Shown here: piece by piece, positions 7,589 to 13,926 of the stretch
Position numbering within the stretch: the first letter of the stretch is position 1
How the letters are laid out: each line of letters starts with the position of its first letter
Source: Promethearchaeota archaeon
GTDB taxonomy: Archaea; Asgardarchaeota; Lokiarchaeia; Sigyniarchaeales; SOKP01
DNA length: 13,926 nucleotides
Assembly: GCA_016926735.1 (NCBI GenBank)
Contig: JAFGOA010000084.1
Span: 1-13,926 of the forward strand
Direction: 5' to 3'
Translations under genes and position numbers: made by a program
Notes under the pieces: model-generated
What the model was told of the DNA's origin: nothing
Database searches by the model: none
Seen by the model: the letters and a program-made list of their open reading frames with translations, nothing else

Positions 7589-8026
7589 CTAAATATCGAA
7601 AACTAACCGAATTTCAAAATATTCATCTTTTTCTTCAATTTTCATATAAGAGTAGGTTATAGCTTTTACTTCAGTACCGATTTCATGTGTTTCTTTACTA
7701 AATTTTTCTTCATAAGATTCTACTTGTAGATAATATTGACCATCAATCAATTTTATTTCCATTTTTTCAAGATTATGGACAATTGACCCATATACATCAA
7801 AACGATACAACAAATATGAAAGAAAATCGAATAATAAGGCTTCTTTATCCTCAGCATTAATGTTTATAATTATCAATTTTAATTTTAATGAGGGAGAACT
7901 AGTTGGAGTAATTGTTTTCATAAGAGCATAAGCCGCTTGAGAAAAGGCTTCCTCTAAAGATTCACCCCAACATCTTACTTGTACATCAGCAGTATGCTCC
8001 TCAAATTCAAAACCAGTCTTTTCCAT
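7589..8026 (-). CDS. Archease (RtcB tRNA ligase activator)
   Basis: FEFEEHTADV, GESLEEAFSQAA, EALLFDFL, EVKAITY and C-terminal VFDI. Confidence 0.96.
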   Translation of the reverse strand: MEKTGFEFEEHTADVQVRCWGESLEEAFSQAAYALMKTITPTSSPSLKLKLIIININAEDKEALLFDFLSYLLYRFDVYGSIVHNLEKMEIKLIDGQYYLQVESYEEKFSKETHEIGTEVKAITYSYMKIEEKDEYFEIRLVFDI

Positions 8027-8120
8027 TGTTAAAATTCACGACGTATTTTAATTATAAGAATTAAATTTTCCAAATTAATTTATCTTAGGGTTTTTAATGT
8101 TAGAATAAAAGTGATTGATA

Positions 8121-8618
8121 ATGAATTTTGGGAATGAAAAAAAATTTTTTTTTTTTCAAAAAATATCTATAAAAAAACAATTCTCTAATCTAGAGATAGG
8201 ATTATATCAATATTTTTTTAATAAAACTGGAATTTATCCCAAAAATATTATTATATATCATGATTTCATCTTTTTTTTTGTAAGTAATCAAGACTTCTTT
8301 TTAATTTATAAACATTTAACCTCTATAAGAAGAGAAATTATAAAGAAGAAAATTTTAATAGTTAGAGATGAAAATTCTCTTATTACATTACTATTTAGTT
8401 TTTTTCCAGATATCTATATTCATGATATAGCTTTTGAAAAATCTGATGGAAAATATCAGATAATTATTAGTTTTCTTAGTTTTGAAGAAAGAAATATTGC
8501 AATTGGAAAAAATGGTAAATATATTAAAGCTGTAAATGATATAATTAATAAATATATTACTTTTCAAAAAGATAAAGTTTCAATAAGAATAAAATGTAAT
8601 GTTGTTTATTTGGATTAA
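8121..8618 (+). CDS. Divergent archaeal NusA-like protein (two KH domains)
   Basis: F...TGIYPKNIII..DFIFFFV matches NusA KH1 but lacks its GxxG loop. ERNIAIGKNGKYIK is an intact KH2 motif. Start uncertain (TTG 8115 or ATG 8121). Confidence 0.75.
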   Translation: MNFGNEKKFFFFQKISIKKQFSNLEIGLYQYFFNKTGIYPKNIIIYHDFIFFFVSNQDFFLIYKHLTSIRREIIKKKILIVRDENSLITLLFSFFPDIYIHDIAFEKSDGKYQIIISFLSFEERNIAIGKNGKYIKAVNDIINKYITFQKDKVSIRIKCNVVYLD

Positions 8619-8747
8619 TCAAATCTTCAAACCAAAAATATAATATGGAAAAAGCCTTTTATGATTAAATATTTGTTATTTTAATCATTATATATTCTGA
8701 AAATATTATTTCCTTATAGTCTTTATAGGAATGGGGATTAAGATATT

Positions 8748-9521
8748 TTGCCTAGCAATAATAAACTAAATGAATCTGATCAAAAGCATAAAAAAATAGC
8801 AGAAATATTAGCAATTTTATTTGGGATCTTATTTTTTGTTCAGTTTCTTATAATATCATTATTATATTCTTGGGCAGATTGGTGTGCAACCTTAATATTT
8901 GCACTTTTTTTAATTATACCTGCCTATATCTCAAATGCAGGAATGGTTCTTGTTGGCGGTGGAAAGCCAATCGATGGAGGAAAAAATTTTATTGATGGAA
9001 GAAGACTTTTTGGAGATCATAAAACATGGAAAGGAATTATTTTTGGTCCTTTATATGTAGGGATTCCAATTTCTATAGGAATTGGTCTATTATTTTTCTT
9101 TTTATGGAATAATATCATTCCAATTATTCAGGCCGCATCTGATGAGGGTCTTTATAAATTATACACAGATGTTTCTATTTATGAATACTATTTTGTTGGT
9201 ATAGGTTATCCTATAGGATTTTTTTTTTTAATAATTCGAATTATTTTATGTAGTTATGGAGCAGGAATAGGGGATCTTATTGGTTCTTTTTTGAAACGTA
9301 GATTTAATATAGCAAGTGGTAAACCTTTTTGGGTTGTAGATCAATTAGATTTCGCAATATTTACAATTATTTTCACTTCAATAATAGCATTATTATTACC
9401 AAATCATTTTTTATTACCAGATCTGAATATCATCATCTTTCTTTTAATCTTAACACCATCCGTGAGTATAATAGCCAATATAATTGCCTATTTTATCGGT
9501 GTTAAAGAAGTTCCATGGTAA
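8748..9521 (+). CDS. carS: CDP-archaeol synthase (CDP-2,3-bis-O-geranylgeranyl-sn-glycerol synthase)
   Basis: PAYISN, PIDGG, DGRRLFGDHKTWKG, GDLIGSFLKRR, DQLDF and C-terminal GVKEVPW. Multiple TM helices. TTG start. Confidence 0.95.
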   Translation: MPSNNKLNESDQKHKKIAEILAILFGILFFVQFLIISLLYSWADWCATLIFALFLIIPAYISNAGMVLVGGGKPIDGGKNFIDGRRLFGDHKTWKGIIFGPLYVGIPISIGIGLLFFFLWNNIIPIIQAASDEGLYKLYTDVSIYEYYFVGIGYPIGFFFLIIRIILCSYGAGIGDLIGSFLKRRFNIASGKPFWVVDQLDFAIFTIIFTSIIALLLPNHFLLPDLNIIIFLLILTPSVSIIANIIAYFIGVKEVPW

Positions 9522-9750
9522 GAGTTTTATTACTTTTTCTTTTACAGCTTAGAGATATTATTTTGTAAACAAAACTATTAAAAATTAAACGTTATTAATT
9601 TTAGATTAATAATTATTTCTGTACTAATAGTAATTTTTTATAAGTCCGACATAAATATTTATAATTACCATTAAAATTTAATATTGAACGAGCATATTAA
9701 ATCCTTAACATTTTCTTTATGAATTGGTGGTTAATAAGAAACTTTAAATA

Positions 9751-9814
9751 TTTTCTAATGAAATTATATTTATTCTCTATTGGAAATAGATGTGTTTCAA
9801 GTGGAAGTAAATGG
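9751..9814 (+). promoter_or_regulatory. Three phased mini-ORB-like repeats (putative Orc1/Cdc6 binding sites)
   Basis: TTTTCTAATGAAATTA (9751), TTCTCTATTGGAAATA (9773) and GTTTCAAGTGGAAGTA (9794) are 22 and 21 bp apart. They resemble the archaeal ORB core TTCCAGTGGAAA and sit directly upstream of cdc6. Confidence 0.6.
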
Positions 9815-9823
9815 TGTAATTAA

Positions 9824-11131
9824 TTGTTGACAAATAATAATGAGTATAAGAGTTTTAATATAGACCAATTTTATAAAAAATATCTTAAAGGTCCAATAAT
9901 CTTTAAAAATAGAAACGCATTAGAAACATCATATATTCCTGACGAATTACCTCATCGAGATAAGGAAATCGAGCAGATAGCAGGGAAAACTGCTTGTGCA
10001 TTAAGAGGGGATACACCACCGAACATACTTTGCTATGGAATGACAGGTACAGGGAAAACTGCTACAATTCGATATGTAAGTCAAAAAATAGCTCAACATA
10101 CTAAAACTAACGTACCTTGGTGGATCTATATAAATTGTAGTATAATATCAACTCCTTATAGAATATTAGCTCATATTTATAACACAATTATAGGCAGTGA
10201 GAAGATTCCACCAACGGGACTTCCAAAAGATGTCATTTTTAAGAAATTATTAGGTCTCTTAGACCATAAAGTTAAAGATTCAATTTGTTTCCTTGTTTTA
10301 GATGAGATTGATATGATTGCAAACGATCGTGGAGGTAATGAAATATTATATGATCTCACAAGACTTAATGAAAATCTAGATTCCTGTAGAACAAGTCTTA
10401 TAGGAATTTCAAATAAATTAAAATTTAAAGAATCTTTAGATCCTCGAGTTATATCAAGTCTAGGAAAAGATCATATTACTTTTCCGGTTTATAATGCTAA
10501 AGAATTAGGCGATATCTTAAACGAAAGAGCAAAAATTGCATTTAATGATAATGTATTAAAAGAAGGTGTTATATCTCTATGTGCGGCATTAGCAGCAAAG
10601 GAACATGGAGATGCTAGAAAAGCACTACAATTATTAAGAAAAGCAGGAGAAATAGCGGAAAGGTATCAAAATAAAATGGTTTCTCGAGAGCATGTAAATA
10701 AAGCACAGTTAGAATTGGAGAGAGATCATACAATCGATTATATCAAAGGTATGCCCCTACAAGCTCAATTAGTATTATCATCTATATATCTAAAGTCTGT
10801 ATTGGATAAAAATAGTGTTATTATATCAGGAGATGTCTATGAAATTCATAATGAATTAACTAATAAAATTCCAGGAGTAAGAGCTCTCACGCGAAGGAGA
10901 ATAAGTGATTATATTAATGATCTTGTTCTTGCGGGAATTATAACAGCAGAAAAAAGATCAATGGGTAAATATGGTGCTACAAAAATAATAAAACTATGTG
11001 ATGATATCTCCTTTTTAGGAAAGATTTTGGAATCTATTGATAAAATTAAAGATATAATTCAATATAATCCAAATTTGATTAAAAAGAATAAAATAAGAAT
11101 AAATAATAATATATTTAGAAAATTTGATTAG
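9824..11131 (+). CDS. cdc6: Orc1/Cdc6 replication initiator (AAA+ ATPase with winged helix)
   Basis: YIPDELPHRDKEI, Walker A GMTGTGKT, YINC, Walker B LVLDEID, LDPRVISSL, FPVY, sensor II HGDARKAL, and wH domain LTRRRISDYINDLVLAGII. TTG start with GGTG 7 nt upstream. Confidence 0.97.
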   Translation: MLTNNNEYKSFNIDQFYKKYLKGPIIFKNRNALETSYIPDELPHRDKEIEQIAGKTACALRGDTPPNILCYGMTGTGKTATIRYVSQKIAQHTKTNVPWWIYINCSIISTPYRILAHIYNTIIGSEKIPPTGLPKDVIFKKLLGLLDHKVKDSICFLVLDEIDMIANDRGGNEILYDLTRLNENLDSCRTSLIGISNKLKFKESLDPRVISSLGKDHITFPVYNAKELGDILNERAKIAFNDNVLKEGVISLCAALAAKEHGDARKALQLLRKAGEIAERYQNKMVSREHVNKAQLELERDHTIDYIKGMPLQAQLVLSSIYLKSVLDKNSVIISGDVYEIHNELTNKIPGVRALTRRRISDYINDLVLAGIITAEKRSMGKYGATKIIKLCDDISFLGKILESIDKIKDIIQYNPNLIKKNKIRINNNIFRKFD

Positions 11132-11814
11132 GACAGAAATTCCCAATTATTTATTGTATCTGCGATATCGCCTAATAATTGCTCAGTAAAGTTCTGGTTT
11201 TGTTCTTTTAATATTAAAAATAATCTTGCTAAGTGCTTGCAAAATTTCTTATTTTTGGCCCTTCTTTCATTATAATCATGACAATTATGTCGAATTATTT
11301 TTTTATTCTGATCAATCTCAATAAAATAGGATTCCTTTTCCCTTCCAATAAAAGTGACCCTAATAGATTTTTTCTCTTGATCAAATAAAGATAATTTTAT
11401 AGTATCTGTCGATATAGAGACGGCTCTATTTATTGTTCCTTTATCTGAAAAAGCCTTTAATAATGTATTAAAATTATTTTTTTTTTTATTCTCTAAATCT
11501 TCTAATATATCTATTCTCAAATTATTATCTTTTTCTTTTTTTTTTATATGATCTTCTCTTTTCTTTTGCCATATATCAAAATCTTCTCTTAATTTAGGAT
11601 TTAAAGAGATTTTTTTATCATCAGTTATTTCTATAAGATTATTCTCAATACTTTTTTTGATAAATTTATTAACTTTATCAGGGGATAATAAAAATAATCT
11701 ATATGATATATAGAATATTAGATTATCTTGAGATATTTTTTCTAAATCAATTATCTTCCATAAATATAAAATAAATTTCTTTGGATCTTCTTTTGGGATT
11801 TTAAATTCAATCAA
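11128..11814 (-). CDS. DUF2240-like N-terminal domain fused through a charged linker to a SWIM-type zinc finger
   Basis: LIFYISYRLFLLSPDKVNKFIKKSIENNLI resembles the DUF2240 winged-helix-like family. YFIEID...HNCHDY....KKFCKHL is a SWIM finger (HxC-x12-CxH). 4-nt convergent overlap with cdc6. Confidence 0.72.
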   Translation of the reverse strand: MIEFKIPKEDPKKFILYLWKIIDLEKISQDNLIFYISYRLFLLSPDKVNKFIKKSIENNLIEITDDKKISLNPKLREDFDIWQKKREDHIKKKEKDNNLRIDILEDLENKKKNNFNTLLKAFSDKGTINRAVSISTDTIKLSLFDQEKKSIRVTFIGREKESYFIEIDQNKKIIRHNCHDYNERRAKNKKFCKHLARLFLILKEQNQNFTEQLLGDIADTINNWEFLS

Positions 11815-11847
11815 TTTTTACACTTTAATTTTTTTTTTCAATTATAC

Positions 11848-13662
11848 CTAATTAAAAGCTTTTAAATCTAGTTCAAAATAATTTAATGAATCTAATTCAA
11901 TAATAGGAATGATTCCTGGTGTGGGTTCAATACCAAAACTTTTCATGAAATCTGTTTGACTTTGAAAACATCCTGAATTAATTAATTTTACTCCACGATA
12001 AGTACCATAATCATTTATGTGTATATGTCCCGTGTGAAAAATTTGAGGTATATCATCAATAACAAGCCAATCCTTAGAAATAGGTGCTATCTGAGTTTTA
12101 CTTCCAAAAGAGGGAGCTAAATGTCTACAAATTAATAATTCTTTCATAGTATCAACTGATCTAGTATTATCCAATCCAGGTATCAAAAAATTAAGATCAA
12201 TAAGACTATCTCCATGATAAATAAGTGTATCTACCTTATGGGTTTGAATATAACAAGGATTTCCTAAAAGCTCAATATCCATATCTAACAACTCTTGGGA
12301 ATATTTTTTAGGTACTGCGGGTCTAGGTAATGCATTTCTGACAGGTTCATGATTTCCAGAACTATAAAATATTTTTATATATTCAGGTATTTGAGACAAT
12401 AGTTTAGCCGCTTTGCTATATTGATTATATATATCAGCTATAACTAAATCCTTTTCTTGATTTGGATACACCCCAATACCATCAACTAAATCACCATTGA
12501 TTACAATATATTTTATTTTTTCTGCCTGTTTTCTTATTTTATCGTTCTTAATATCACCCCTCAAGAATGAGATAAATTTCTTCCATAATTTTTCTTCAAA
12601 TTCTCGACTTCCAATATGTATATCTGAAAGTAAAACAATTGATAACGGATCTGGAGATTTTTGAGGTTCTATTCCCATAGGAATATCAATTTTTGAAACC
12701 GCATTAGCAAAAATAATACCATTACTTCCATTTTCTCCAGGATTAAAAATTCCTTTAACAAAAAGCATTTGATCATTTATGGTTCTCTCTATTATTTTCA
12801 TATTTTCTCTATTATCAATATCTTTCTTTACAATAACATTTATTGTCCCTGTTAGATCTTCTAATGTTATAAAATAATTCCCTTTTTTTGTAATTCTAAT
12901 GTTTGTTACAAATCCAATAGTAGAAATTTCACTACTTTCATTAAATCTATGAATATTTTTTATCTCCTGTGAAGATTGAGTTTCTGGTCGTTTTAAGATC
13001 AGTTTACTTAATCGTTGAAATTTGTCTCGGGTTAAAGAATAGAAATCATCATAATCTCCTGAAGTGAATATTTTACCAGAAGGATCTTTCTTAATTTTAA
13101 ATTCAGGATCATAATCTTTGGCTAATGAATTGAATTTTAATTTTAATTTAGATGATTCCATTCTATTTATTTTTTTTTCAATTTCTTGGTTTATTATAAT
13201 TTCTTTATTAACAATTTTATGATTTTTATCTAAAGTCTTTGGGACGTCAATAAACGGGATTTCTTTCTTCTTATTTTGTTTTATTTTTAGTTCTTTTTTA
13301 TCATTTAATTTTGTAGAGTTGCTTGTATTTATCAAAATAGAATTCTCTTTTTCTTCAGATAAAGTCTTTTTAGAGGATGAAATTAAATTATTCTTTATTT
13401 TTTGATCATCATTTTTTTCTTGAATTTTTATATTCTTAAGTGATTTTTGAATATTTTCATTAGGAATTTTGGTTAGTGTATCTATAGTAAGATGACTTTT
13501 AAAAGTAGGAATAAAACTTATTTCTTTGATAATCAAATCTAAATTATACAATGGTTTATCTGTTGTTAGAAGAAAATCTAAAACAGAAGGTGAAATATTT
13601 ATTCCAGTACTTACCAATCTCTTTAAAATAATTTGTTTTTTTTGAAATATATCACTAGTCAA
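11848..13662 (-). CDS. polB: DNA polymerase D small subunit DP1 (calcineurin-like 3'-5' exonuclease)
   Basis: OB fold (TKKGNYFITLEDLTG), then SDIHIGS, GDLVDGIGVYPNQ, GNHE, YHGDS, RHLAP, HTGHIH and NSGCFQSQTDF. Helical N-terminal domain plus Lys/Asn-rich linker. TTG start. Confidence 0.97.
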   Translation of the reverse strand: MTSDIFQKKQIILKRLVSTGINISPSVLDFLLTTDKPLYNLDLIIKEISFIPTFKSHLTIDTLTKIPNENIQKSLKNIKIQEKNDDQKIKNNLISSSKKTLSEEKENSILINTSNSTKLNDKKELKIKQNKKKEIPFIDVPKTLDKNHKIVNKEIIINQEIEKKINRMESSKLKLKFNSLAKDYDPEFKIKKDPSGKIFTSGDYDDFYSLTRDKFQRLSKLILKRPETQSSQEIKNIHRFNESSEISTIGFVTNIRITKKGNYFITLEDLTGTINVIVKKDIDNRENMKIIERTINDQMLFVKGIFNPGENGSNGIIFANAVSKIDIPMGIEPQKSPDPLSIVLLSDIHIGSREFEEKLWKKFISFLRGDIKNDKIRKQAEKIKYIVINGDLVDGIGVYPNQEKDLVIADIYNQYSKAAKLLSQIPEYIKIFYSSGNHEPVRNALPRPAVPKKYSQELLDMDIELLGNPCYIQTHKVDTLIYHGDSLIDLNFLIPGLDNTRSVDTMKELLICRHLAPSFGSKTQIAPISKDWLVIDDIPQIFHTGHIHINDYGTYRGVKLINSGCFQSQTDFMKSFGIEPTPGIIPIIELDSLNYFELDLKAFN

Positions 13663-13785
13663 TTTTATTTCTCTTTACAAATGCATTACTATCTTTGTTG
13701 AATAATTGATTTTATTGTTTTTTATTAAAGAAAAAATATGATTATTTTTCTTTAAATTAAAAGAGTCTTGGAACCTTCAAATTAT

Positions 13786-13926
13786 TTATAAAAAATTGGT
13801 AGTTTCTATGACATTCCAAAATTTATGCCAATCATCAATCTTTCCCGTAGAGGAAAGACCAGCCCTAAGGTTATCAGACTGTGCGCTCGGACTCGATACC
13901 GAGTTCAAGACATACTTCATTTGTAA
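13786..13926 (-). other. GC-rich multi-hairpin element truncated by the window edge; possible structured RNA or mobile-element end overlapping a partial ORF
   Basis: About 50% GC over 13836-13910 against an AT-rich background. Three stem-loops, two of which gain G-U pairs on the minus strand. A minus-strand frame is open from the edge to TAA at 13786 (46 codons). Confidence 0.4.

Noticed and set aside
10177-10359. 60-aa - strand ORF
   Set aside because: Antisense shadow of cdc6.
13850-13867. GAGGAAAGACCAGCC resembling the RNase P RNA CR-I motif GAGGAAAGUCC
   Set aside because: The universally conserved U is an A, the motif is sequestered in a local hairpin, and G-U pairing favours the opposite strand. 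It cannot be fully excluded because the window ends.
13862-13890. GAGCGCACAGTCTGATAA (minus strand) resembling a tRNA-Ile(GAU) fragment
   Set aside because: No anticodon stem, T arm or acceptor stem can be formed.
1-13926. CRISPR arrays, tRNA/rRNA genes, intact transposases or integrases
   Set aside because: None detected by eye: no regularly spaced repeat-spacer units, no cloverleafs, no DDE or tyrosine-recombinase motifs.

Overview
Very AT-rich archaeal chromosomal window, most likely from an Asgard archaeon (Lokiarchaeia-like). That assignment is an inference from PolD DP1, Orc1/Cdc6, CarS, pelota and archease occurring alongside a longin-domain protein and a BAR-like helical protein. The minus-strand block holds a BAR-like coiled-coil protein, a radical SAM-TRAM protein, pelota, an unannotated 52-aa microprotein, a second radical SAM protein, a Pol-beta-type nucleotidyltransferase, a degenerate alpha/beta-hydrolase and CutA. 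It is followed by a longin-wHTH protein, archease, a NusA paralog, CarS and Orc1/Cdc6 (preceded by three phased ORB-like repeats), then a convergent DUF2240-SWIM protein and PolD DP1. A GC-rich structured element is cut off by the right edge. The most interesting observation is the 52-aa ORF at 3077-3235 (-), missed by the ORF track, which carries a WAVE/WASP-type WH2-like actin-binding motif. All family comparisons are by eye from remembered sequences; no searches were run.
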